Positions 31,397-39,694 of a DNA stretch of 64,000 bases are shown piece after piece. The position numbers and the translations under genes were made by a program. Each line of letters starts with the position of its first letter. The stretch's first letter is position 1. This DNA is from Candidatus Nomurabacteria bacterium (GTDB lineage Bacteria > Patescibacteriota > Minisyncoccia > Phycocordibacterales > UBA9973), in NCBI GenBank assembly GCA_026396015.1, contig JAPLXP010000014.1:15944-79943 (forward strand). The letters are read 5' to 3'. Below the pieces are notes generated by a model. The model saw nothing but the letters and a program-made list of their open reading frames with translations, was not told the DNA's origin and searched no databases.

Positions 31397-32077
31397 TTAA
31401 ATTACTGAGTGAACAAGCGCTGTAGCTGGGACAACAACACGAGACTGATTGCTCGCACACCAAACATCGATGTAGTCAAACCCGTCCACATAGAGCTTCA
31501 AGCAACCATCGTCATCAAAGCGGACATCAGCAACAAAGAAACTTTCGCCTTCCTTAAAAAGAAAGAATGTGGCATAGCCATTTGTACGAAGTTTATCTTT
31601 ATTTTTTTCACAGAAGTTTTTGATTTGCGCCTGGGTCATACAGAGTGCTTCTAAATCCTTATTGAAAGAACCGAAAATAGTCCTGTAATCGCCATCCTTG
31701 TGCATCTCAAATACTTTCATTTCGGATTTCTCCGTTTTAGGTTGAGTATTAATTAAATTCCAATCTTTTAAATTGGTACTCAAGTACCCTGTAAACAAGT
31801 CTCCTGCATAATGAAGTCCTGACTCTTTTGTACCTCCGCATTCATCAACAAAAATTTCTTCTTCACAATGCAACTCGGTAAGGTGGGATGTTTTTACAGG
31901 TTCAGTGGACTTTAATCCAAAAATCTTCATCCTATCTTTAAGACTCATTTTGTGAAAACCAATAAGACAATTTATGTAATCAGAGTTTTGTTTTCTGTAC
32001 GCTGACCATAAATTTTTGTCTACTTCTTTTTGTAGGCCTTCAATGTTTGAAGGATCTACGATGAATTTTTGTATCAT
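31397..32077 (-). CDS. DGR target protein (226 aa) with variable repeat near C-terminus
   Basis: C-terminal ...ESFFVADVRFDDDGCLKLYVDGFDY... contains the VR. Otherwise no recognised domain. Confidence 0.6.
   Translation of the reverse strand: MIQKFIVDPSNIEGLQKEVDKNLWSAYRKQNSDYINCLIGFHKMSLKDRMKIFGLKSTEPVKTSHLTELHCEEEIFVDECGGTKESGLHYAGDLFTGYLSTNLKDWNLINTQPKTEKSEMKVFEMHKDGDYRTIFGSFNKDLEALCMTQAQIKNFCEKNKDKLRTNGYATFFLFKEGESFFVADVRFDDDGCLKLYVDGFDYIDVWCASNQSRVVVPATALVHSVI
31475..31541 (-). repeat. DGR variable repeat (VR)
   Basis: See TR. The VR sits ~450 nt upstream of the TR on the + axis, inside the target gene's 3' region. Confidence 0.8.
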
Positions 32078-32227
32078 CTTTTTGTTTTTAAATAACTAGA
32101 TCGTTAGTTCACTAGTTCAGGAGTATTATATCACAAAATATGCCTGCAAGTCAAGCTTAAAAAGGCTATATTTTAAAGGGTTTTGTGTGGATATTGCAGG
32201 ATTTAATAGATTATGATACAGTATACG

Positions 32228-32392
32228 TACTAGTGGCTTCGGCCTCCGAGAAAGCTCCCGCAAGGGAGCTTTCGATTTTATACTTGCAGTCTATATAACA
32301 GTATGGTATTATAAAAATATTGAGAGGTTGCCTCTCTTGCTCGCAAGAGCCGATAGCCCCGCAAGGGGCTATTATAATTTATAAAGCTTACT
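32228..32392 (+). ncRNA. candidate structured small RNA: cluster of tetraloop-capped hairpins (1 UUCG, 3 GCAA, 1 UUGC)
   Basis: Hairpins ggcTTCGgcc (32235-44), gagaaagctcccGCAAgggagctttc (32248-74), gagaggTTGCcctctc (32322-36), gctcGCAAgagc (32339-50) and atagccccGCAAggggctat (32353-72). Possible promoter ttgcag-17-tacagt at ~32195-32223. GNRA loops appear only in + orientation. No overlapping protein gene except a spurious 62-aa track ORF. Confidence 0.35.
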
Positions 32393-32764
32393 AAAGTATT
32401 CTTGTATTTTAGAATATTCTTCGTCTGAAAGAATATATTTCCTCTCTGTAAGTCTCCTCTTGTCAAAACTACGTATCTGATACACTAGTGCTGTATGCAA
32501 AATACCGTCATCTGTTTTTATAATACAAGAATATTTTCTATTTTTAACTTTTGAGGTAAGTGGTATACCAATAAAACTTTCACTACCTTCGGCATTTATC
32601 ACAAGAACTGGTCTTGTATAATCATCCCCTTTACCATACACCTCACTACCCACATTCATCCCAATACTACACCACCAAATTTCTTTTTCTTGTGGATGAT
32701 TAAATGTTTCATTTTGATCAATCTTTATTTTCTTTTTATTCCACTTATCAAAATCTTTATCCAT
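32372..32764 (-). CDS. MazF/PemK/EndoA-family endoribonuclease toxin, no adjacent antitoxin gene
   Basis: VGSEVYGKGDDYTRPVLVINAEG...IGIPLTSK and ALVYQIRSFDKRRLTERKYILSDEEY align with B. subtilis EndoA (VGSEQGGVRPVLVIQND...; LLEQIRTIDKQRLTDK...). It has a ~35-aa N-terminal extension. Confidence 0.75.
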   Translation of the reverse strand: MDKDFDKWNKKKIKIDQNETFNHPQEKEIWWCSIGMNVGSEVYGKGDDYTRPVLVINAEGSESFIGIPLTSKVKNRKYSCIIKTDDGILHTALVYQIRSFDKRRLTERKYILSDEEYSKIQEYFSKLYKL

Positions 32765-32796
32765 ATTTAAATTATATCACTACTAACCCCTGAGTT

Positions 32797-35778
32797 CTAT
32801 GCTGATTTATATATTCTAGCCCTCGCGCAGTTTGGACATACGGAATCCCTGCCGTAGGATTTGAAATTACATGGACGGTTTATCCACACACCAGTTTTTA
32901 AATCTCTATCATACTCAGTAATATCACGGACCAATAGATCAATCTCCTCATTTGTGATACTCGTCTTGTAAATACCATTCTTGTCTCCCTTTTTGGCCTC
33001 TAGGAATTCCAATTGAGATTCTGATACTCGATCATTGTTATTCGCACCGTGAATAAGGTACGAGTACATTGCGAGTTGTCGCATATAGCTACTCATACTC
33101 TCGTTTTCGCCCCGTTTTTCAATTTCTGATTTTGTTTTTACGCTACCTGTCTTGAAATCCGTCACTCGAAAAGTATTTTTTTCTATCTCCTCTGTCAGGT
33201 CCACCTTTCCATAGAAAAGTAAGCTTGGAAAGCGAGAATCTCGATACGATAGCGGTCGCTCTGTCATATAATTCTTTATATTGGGCAGTCTTTCCTTTAC
33301 CCAGACAGATACTATTCCGACAGCTTCTTTTTGTAATCTTTTAACCATTGATTCTTCATAAATATTTTGCTTGTGTATCTGATCGAGGATTATATCTTCA
33401 AGCAAATCTCCGTTCTTCTTCAATACTTGCTCGATCGTACCGTGAACCACATTACCAAAGACTAGACTCTCAGAAACTACGTCCGGCAAGCGCAATAGAT
33501 TCCTAAAATACCACTTCCATGGGCATTCAAAAAAGTTGTTCAGCATCGTCACCGATACCTTTGTCTTTTGGTATTCCTCAGCGACCATATCGGTCAGATC
33601 TTTCGTTGAAAAATCTACCTCTGCATGAGGTACAGCAGTGACATATGATTTTGGGTCCCTGCTCAGAATTTGTTCTTCTACTTGATTGAAATTTTTCTTT
33701 ATAAATAGGTCTTCTGGCAGTTCCGCGATGATATGTGACAATTCCTGATCGCCACCTGTATATGAGTATCTAGAATATGAAAAAGTACAGAATCGCTTTG
33801 CTCGAGTCAGTGCTACATAGAGCTGCTTTTTCACCACTTCAGCATCTTTTTCTTCTATTTTATTTTGTACATCTTCTGGGAGTGTGAATGCCTGCTTTTT
33901 GCCATGCATCAATGTCTTTTCATCCATATGAGCCACCCAGACGAAATCAAATTCCAATCCTTTTGAGGAGTGAAGTGTCAGAACCTTTACACCTTTGTCG
34001 CCATAGAATACGTCTAGTGGTAGATCCTCGCCATAAGATTTGAGTCGGTCGATAAAGTCGATAAATCTTTTCAGTGTGAATTTCTGATGCTCCCGCTCGC
34101 TCTTTTCCCTCTCCCCTTGCGCTAGGTGCAGTACTGTACGCACCACCTCCACGCGACGAATCAGATCATCGTGATTCTCTGCTGTATCTAGTAGTAGACT
34201 CTCGCCCACATATTGGACTAATTCGTACACATCACGAGTATTGGATTCCTCAATATAGGATTTCAATTTATCACCCCAGGAATTCACTGGATCAATACCT
34301 GTAAATAAATCTTTTTTGCCGCCACCGAGATCCTCTACGGATAGCTTGTAAGTATTCACACTCTGCAAAAACTTATGTGCCGAGAGTGGTGGTATCTTAT
34401 TTATCGGATCAAACAAAGATTCAGAGATAGAGATATTGTCATATGGATTTAATACTATTCGAAGTGCCCGAATCAGAGTATCTGCCTCGGGTACACCAAA
34501 GAGTGTCAGTATGCCTGATGAAGCCACAGGTATACCGCGATCTCGGAGTATCTGCACAGCGTTTTTGACTTGATAATTTTTTGGCACAAGAATCGTGCAT
34601 TCATCAGGACTCACACCATCTGCCACCTTCGCCTCTATCTCCATAGCAGCAGCAATGATCTCGTCACGAGGATATTCGCATTCATAGAGCTGTAGTTTAT
34701 GCATCTCTCCATGATTACTCTTGAGTTTTTCCAGTGTCATCGAACTTCGCAGTAGTGTGTCTGCACTATCGAGAATCGCCTGTGTAGAACGATAATTCTC
34801 CACCAATGTGATCAACTTTGCTTTACCAAAAAGCGTCTTAAAACTCTCAAAATATTCGATAGACGCACCCCCAAAACCATAGATGAGCTGTCGGTCATCA
34901 CCCACAACGAATATATTTGGCAATTCTGTATCGTGCCAGATAGCACGAAGTATCGCATTCTGCGTAGCACTACTATCCTGATGCTCGTCTACGAGTGCAT
35001 ACAGATATCGCTCGCGAATAGTCGCCTGTGCATCATCGGAATTTACCAGAATATGCCATGCGTATTTGAGCACATCATCATAATCACAGAGACCTCGCTC
35101 CTCTTTTAATTTCTCGTATTCACGATAGAAAATTACGACTTCTTTTGTCCTCTCGAGTCCATCGATTTTCTTTTCTACTTCTTTTTTAAGTTGTCCTTTG
35201 CTCTCGCCACGACTAGAAATACTATCCGGGTCATTCTTGATCCGATCAATCTCGAAATTTATAGATGCCAAAAACTCTTCAGGCTTTATATTTTCTCTTT
35301 TCAATAATGAAATCAGACTTTTGATATCTCGGAAAAACATGCCTGAATTACCTCGTGGACGAATGTAGACCCAGCTACCATTCTCTAGAATCTCATCCAC
35401 GAGGGCGATATTGCTCGTCTCATCTAGTATCACCGGTGGCTTTTGCATGTCGAGAACCTGGTGGAATTCCTCGAGTATATTCATAGCAAAACTATGAAAA
35501 GTAGAAATCTTGATCTGTGTAGCTGGAGGGCCAATATATTTCAATAAACGCTTACGCATCTCTTGCACCCCAGAATTAGTAAAAGTTAGACATAAAATTT
35601 CGTTTGGTTGTGTTTGGTTTGAACTATTTAAAATATAAGCAATACGCAGTGACAATACCTGAGTTTTTCCAGTACCGGGACCCGCCACTACCATCACTGG
35701 ACCGTCGATAGTATCTACGGCCAATTTTTGCTCTTTATTTAGCTTTTTATATGCAGAATTATATAAGTCTTGATTCAT
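32797..35778 (-). CDS. UvrD/AddA-like SF1 helicase fused to C-terminal RecB-family PD-(D/E)xK nuclease with Cas4/AddB-like Fe-S cysteines
   Basis: N-terminal LNKEQKLAVDT...VVAGPGTGKTQVL Walker A and UvrD motifs. C-terminal ...FECPWKWYF ... DFKTG...K nuclease core. Terminal RPC-x10-C-x2-C cysteine cluster. No AddB/RecC partner is adjacent. Confidence 0.8.
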   Translation of the reverse strand: MNQDLYNSAYKKLNKEQKLAVDTIDGPVMVVAGPGTGKTQVLSLRIAYILNSSNQTQPNEILCLTFTNSGVQEMRKRLLKYIGPPATQIKISTFHSFAMNILEEFHQVLDMQKPPVILDETSNIALVDEILENGSWVYIRPRGNSGMFFRDIKSLISLLKRENIKPEEFLASINFEIDRIKNDPDSISSRGESKGQLKKEVEKKIDGLERTKEVVIFYREYEKLKEERGLCDYDDVLKYAWHILVNSDDAQATIRERYLYALVDEHQDSSATQNAILRAIWHDTELPNIFVVGDDRQLIYGFGGASIEYFESFKTLFGKAKLITLVENYRSTQAILDSADTLLRSSMTLEKLKSNHGEMHKLQLYECEYPRDEIIAAAMEIEAKVADGVSPDECTILVPKNYQVKNAVQILRDRGIPVASSGILTLFGVPEADTLIRALRIVLNPYDNISISESLFDPINKIPPLSAHKFLQSVNTYKLSVEDLGGGKKDLFTGIDPVNSWGDKLKSYIEESNTRDVYELVQYVGESLLLDTAENHDDLIRRVEVVRTVLHLAQGEREKSEREHQKFTLKRFIDFIDRLKSYGEDLPLDVFYGDKGVKVLTLHSSKGLEFDFVWVAHMDEKTLMHGKKQAFTLPEDVQNKIEEKDAEVVKKQLYVALTRAKRFCTFSYSRYSYTGGDQELSHIIAELPEDLFIKKNFNQVEEQILSRDPKSYVTAVPHAEVDFSTKDLTDMVAEEYQKTKVSVTMLNNFFECPWKWYFRNLLRLPDVVSESLVFGNVVHGTIEQVLKKNGDLLEDIILDQIHKQNIYEESMVKRLQKEAVGIVSVWVKERLPNIKNYMTERPLSYRDSRFPSLLFYGKVDLTEEIEKNTFRVTDFKTGSVKTKSEIEKRGENESMSSYMRQLAMYSYLIHGANNNDRVSESQLEFLEAKKGDKNGIYKTSITNEEIDLLVRDITEYDRDLKTGVWINRPCNFKSYGRDSVCPNCARARIYKSA

Positions 35779-35860
35779 AAACCCATTATACCCCGAGGGT
35801 CAGGAAAATAAAAAAACCACTATAAAATTATATTTTATAGTGGTTAAATACTTTCTTTCT

Positions 35861-36211
35861 CTAATCTTTAACAATTTCTTTAACCTTATCAATTAAATGA
35901 TTGTGTGATTCAAAATTGAAAATTCCAGGACCATCTGGTTTGATGGGTGAAAGTGTCGAAGCTAAAAAAGCTTTGGATTCAGAATTCAATTGCTCAACAA
36001 CAACATGAGGAGCGGACCCTGGGTAGCTAAAATTTGCATAATGCAAATAGAAGTAATCTTCATGAATATGATTTTCAAGATCATCATACTCAATAAATAC
36101 CAATACCATGGATGGCAAGTGTTTTTCAAACGTTTTATTTAAAAGCAAAACATCAACACTACCTCCTTCTAAGCTCTCTAGGAGCACAACTAACTTTTTC
36201 TTCTTATTCAT
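35861..36211 (-). CDS. hypothetical protein
   Basis: 116-aa ORF with coding-like composition. No assignable domain. Confidence 0.4.
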   Translation of the reverse strand: MNKKKKLVVLLESLEGGSVDVLLLNKTFEKHLPSMVLVFIEYDDLENHIHEDYFYLHYANFSYPGSAPHVVVEQLNSESKAFLASTLSPIKPDGPGIFNFESHNHLIDKVKEIVKD

Positions 36212-36302
36212 AATAAAATCATATATTTGTGTATATTATAGCATAAATCATACGCATTTGTCAAATCACAAAAAGTGTTGCTCTGTATGATATAATCCTC
36301 CA

Positions 36303-38042
36303 ATGTCTATACTTTTTACATATTTAAAGCATTATTGGAAGCTACTATTATTAGCTCTAGTTCTCGCTACTATCAATCAAGTCTTCTCACTTCTTGACCC
36401 CCTCATATTCCGTCATGTGATCGATGGGTATGCCACAAAATTTGATCAATATACATTCGCAGAATTCGCGCGTGGAGTAGGATACCTATTGCTATTGGCA
36501 GTTGGTGCAGCATTTGTATCTCGTGTAGCCAAGAATTTCCAGGATTACTATGTGAATACCATCACTCAGCGTATCGGCGCAAAAATGTATGCTGATGGGA
36601 TATCGCATTCACTATCTCTTCCTTATCAGCAATTCGAGGACGAACGCAGTGGCGAGACACTAGGTAAAATACAGAAGGTTCGTACAGATATTGAAAAATT
36701 GATAGCATCCATGATAAATGTGATCTTCGTATCACTCGTAGGATTCGTCTTTGTCATTATCTACGCATTAAAAGTCTACTGGGTGATCGCACCACTGTAT
36801 ATACTCGCGATACCATTGATCGGTGGAGTCAGCTATGTATTGAGCAAGAAGATTAAAAAAGTTCAGAAAACTATCGTAGCAGAGACTGCCGCACTAGCAG
36901 GCACTACGACAGAATCCCTCCGCAATATTGAGCTCGTAAAGAGTCTAGGCCTAGCCGAGCAAGAAATAGGAAGACTGAACAATACGACAGGTAAAATACT
37001 AGAACTGGAGCTTAAAAAAGTGAAATACCTACGAAGTCTGTCATTTGTCCAAGGTACGATTATAAACTTTGTCCGTACTGCTATCCTATTTATAATGCTG
37101 TATTTGATTTTTGCTCAGAAGATTACATTTGGAGAATTCTTTTCACTATGGATCTACTCATTCTTCCTCTTTGGGCCCCTACAGGAACTTGGAAATATTA
37201 TTGGTACATATCGTGAGAGTGAAGCATCGTTGGAAAACTTTAAAAAGATCCTCGATAGTAAACCAGAAGAGACACCAGAGAATCCAAAACATATCGGAGA
37301 TATAAAATCACTATCATTCAAAGAAATAAAATTCAAACACAAGATGGCAAGTGTCGAAGCTCTGAAGAATGTTTCTTTTGAAGTAAAGCAGGGTGAGACA
37401 ATAGCATTCGTAGGACCATCTGGAGCAGGCAAGACTACACTCGTAAAGCTCCTCGTAGGCCTCTACAAGCCCGCAGGCGGAGAGATTTCTTACAACGAGA
37501 TACAGAGTGCAGATGTAGATCTAAATGAGCTACGTAGTCAAATAGGATTCGTCACTCAGGATACCCAATTATTCGCTGGAACGATAAGAGAAAACTTATT
37601 ATTCGTGAATCCGGGTGCTACAGACGAGATGTGTCTAGACGCATTAAAGAAATCTGCTTGTGATGGACTACTCGCTCGTGCAGAAAAAGGTCTTGATACA
37701 GTTATCGGTGAAAACGGTGTAAAAGTCTCTGGTGGTGAGAAGCAACGTCTATCTATCGCCCGCGCACTATTACGTAAACCAAAGTTATTGATATTCGACG
37801 AGGCGACAAGCTCGCTCGACTCTCTGACAGAGGAAGAAATATCAAAGACAATCCAATCTGTCAGTGAATCAAAAAATCACATCACCGTATTGATCGCGCA
37901 CCGCCTATCGACAATCATGCATGCAGACCGCATCTATGTATTGGAAAAAGGAAGTGTCACAGAGAGTGGTAGTCATACAGAGCTACTCTCACAGAGCGGA
38001 CTATATGCAGCTATGTGGAGACAACAAATCGGAGAGAATTAG
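36303..38042 (+). CDS. ABC transporter, fused permease/ATP-binding protein (MsbA/lipid exporter-like)
   Basis: Six predicted TM helices, then Walker A GPSGAGKTT, signature LSGGEKQRLSIARAL and Walker B LIFDEATSSLD. Confidence 0.9.
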   Translation: MSILFTYLKHYWKLLLLALVLATINQVFSLLDPLIFRHVIDGYATKFDQYTFAEFARGVGYLLLLAVGAAFVSRVAKNFQDYYVNTITQRIGAKMYADGISHSLSLPYQQFEDERSGETLGKIQKVRTDIEKLIASMINVIFVSLVGFVFVIIYALKVYWVIAPLYILAIPLIGGVSYVLSKKIKKVQKTIVAETAALAGTTTESLRNIELVKSLGLAEQEIGRLNNTTGKILELELKKVKYLRSLSFVQGTIINFVRTAILFIMLYLIFAQKITFGEFFSLWIYSFFLFGPLQELGNIIGTYRESEASLENFKKILDSKPEETPENPKHIGDIKSLSFKEIKFKHKMASVEALKNVSFEVKQGETIAFVGPSGAGKTTLVKLLVGLYKPAGGEISYNEIQSADVDLNELRSQIGFVTQDTQLFAGTIRENLLFVNPGATDEMCLDALKKSACDGLLARAEKGLDTVIGENGVKVSGGEKQRLSIARALLRKPKLLIFDEATSSLDSLTEEEISKTIQSVSESKNHITVLIAHRLSTIMHADRIYVLEKGSVTESGSHTELLSQSGLYAAMWRQQIGEN

Positions 38043-38045
38043 AAA

Positions 38046-38076
38046 TAAAAAGCCCCGCGGCATATGCCGCGGGGCT
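38046..38076. terminator. bidirectional GC-rich terminator hairpin
   Basis: aaaaagccccgcggcatatgccgcggggcttttg between the convergent ABC transporter and murI genes. Confidence 0.8.
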
Positions 38077-38083
38077 TTTGTAT

Positions 38084-38875
38084 TTATAAATATTTTATTT
38101 CAAAATCATCCCCATACCAATCTTGTCCATATTTTTGAAAAATAGGATTTTCTCCTGTGATATAGAATATGAGCGATCCGTCTAAAGCCAATTTATTATT
38201 AAAATTTTGATTTTCTTTTATGTATTTTTCAAGGAATGGTGGAGTTATCTCTTCTTGAAGAATCCAATTTGAGACATTTGGAAAAATATTTTTAAATTCT
38301 GACACAGCGATACCATAGTGCGTACATCCGAGCACTACAGAATCCACACCAGCAGGTATGACTTCTCTATTCTGATCTAGATATGCAGACACATCCCCTC
38401 CTTTTTCTATGATAGAGGCGAGCTCTGGCAATACGAATTCATGAGTTTCAATATTCTTTTCTTCGAGAGATTCTTTATAAAAATGTGAATCCACAGTCCG
38501 GTGTGTAGCAAAAACCATCACACCGTTTGAATCTGAGATTGATTCTACTGTAGGATGTGCGATGCCGAATAGTAATCTGTCTGGATAATTTTCTCTTACC
38601 CATTCTTTCAACTCTGGATATATGGCTGTACTAGTAGTATTGCAAGCGAGCAATACTACTACACAATTCTGCTCGCCATACAGGAATGCCAAAGCGGTAG
38701 TAGTAAAAACAAACAAATCATTTTTTGATTTATTCCCGTATGGCACATTCTTTTGATCACCATAGAATACGTAATTGTATTCAGGGAGTAATTCTCTGAT
38801 GTGCTTCAATATCCATAGTCCACCTAGGCCTGAATCAAATACTCCAATATTTCCTTTTGTATTTTCATTATTCAT
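38084..38875 (-). CDS. murI: glutamate racemase
   Basis: VFDSGLGGLWILKHIRELLP and VLLACNTTSTAI catalytic Cys motifs. Confidence 0.88.
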   Translation of the reverse strand: MNNENTKGNIGVFDSGLGGLWILKHIRELLPEYNYVFYGDQKNVPYGNKSKNDLFVFTTTALAFLYGEQNCVVVLLACNTTSTAIYPELKEWVRENYPDRLLFGIAHPTVESISDSNGVMVFATHRTVDSHFYKESLEEKNIETHEFVLPELASIIEKGGDVSAYLDQNREVIPAGVDSVVLGCTHYGIAVSEFKNIFPNVSNWILQEEITPPFLEKYIKENQNFNNKLALDGSLIFYITGENPIFQKYGQDWYGDDFEIKYL

Positions 38876-39579
38876 TAAATTACAATCAATTCTTTTGGTG
38901 ACTTTGTAAGGATAGTGCTACCCTTTTTGGTAACCAGGATAGTATCCTCTATACGAATACCCAATTTATTTTTTATATATACACCTGGCTCGACTGTGAT
39001 GACCATATTATCGTCGAGAATTGGTTTTGTGATTTTAAAATAAATTCGTGGATTTTCATGAATGAGTTTCCCTACTCCATGACCTGTCATATGGATAAAA
39101 TATTTAGCATATCTACCGAGTGCCTTTCTGCATACTTCGTCTACTGTGAACGCATACACACCACTTTTAACCTCACCAATTCCCGCTAACTCACTCTGTA
39201 AAACTAGATCATAAATTTTCTTTTGTTCAATAGTTGGAACGCCGACAAATATCGTGCGAGTCATATCTGAGCAATAGCCATTTACCTTTACCCCAAGATC
39301 AATAATCACAAAACCAGATAATTTTTTATCGGTCGGCTGTGGGTGAATATCATTGCCTGCATTACGGCCTGATGTGACGATAGGTGGAAAGCTCGGTCTT
39401 AAACCTCTTTTCTTTATCTCAAATAAAATAAAATCTCGCAATTCCACTTCGGTAATTTTATGAGTCTTGCCTAGGTCGGACCTAGGCAAGAATTTTAAGA
39501 TATTTTTGAAAATAGCATCAGTCTCGCGGCAAGCCTTCTTGATATTTTCAATCTCTTCTTTTGTCTTTATTTGTGCCAT
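38875..39579 (-). CDS. M24-family metallopeptidase (Xaa-Pro/methionine aminopeptidase catalytic domain only) carrying an in-frame REP-A insertion
   Basis: IVTSGRNAGNDIHP...IIDLGVKVNGYCSDMTRT...HMTGHGVGKLIHENP...VEPGVYI pita-bread motifs. The N-terminal segment KFLPRSDLGKTHK is encoded by the REP-A palindrome. Confidence 0.8.
   Translation of the reverse strand: MAQIKTKEEIENIKKACRETDAIFKNILKFLPRSDLGKTHKITEVELRDFILFEIKKRGLRPSFPPIVTSGRNAGNDIHPQPTDKKLSGFVIIDLGVKVNGYCSDMTRTIFVGVPTIEQKKIYDLVLQSELAGIGEVKSGVYAFTVDEVCRKALGRYAKYFIHMTGHGVGKLIHENPRIYFKITKPILDDNMVITVEPGVYIKNKLGIRIEDTILVTKKGSTILTKSPKELIVI
39466..39490. repeat. REP-A copy (inverted orientation) inside the M24 peptidase CDS
   Basis: cttgcctaggtcggacctaggcaag. 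Same palindrome family as the RAYT-A flanks. In-frame, encoding LPRSDLGK. Confidence 0.8.
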
Positions 39580-39694
39580 GTTATTTAAATGCGCAATAAA
39601 TTATTTTCTTTTTGAATGGTCTGGCTGAGCATATTTTTGTATCTGCGAAGAGATCCGAGGACCTGAAAAAAGAATATAATTTATGAAGCTGTGT

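Noticed and set aside
32228-32392. Considered RNase P RNA, SRP RNA, group II intron domain V/VI or retron msr/msd for the hairpin cluster
   Set aside because: Too short and lacks the P4 (AGGAAAGUCCGG / ACAGAA.CCGGCUUA) signature of RNase P. Lacks the SRP domain IV GGAA symmetric loop motif. The last hairpin lacks the DV AGC triad and bulge geometry. Orientation and position are wrong for a retron next to the RT remnant. Left as an unclassified candidate.
32278-32466. 62-aa minus ORF overlapping the hairpin cluster and mazF-like 3' end
   Set aside because: It is translated through palindromic hairpins (R/G/L-rich) and overlaps a real gene. Judged spurious.
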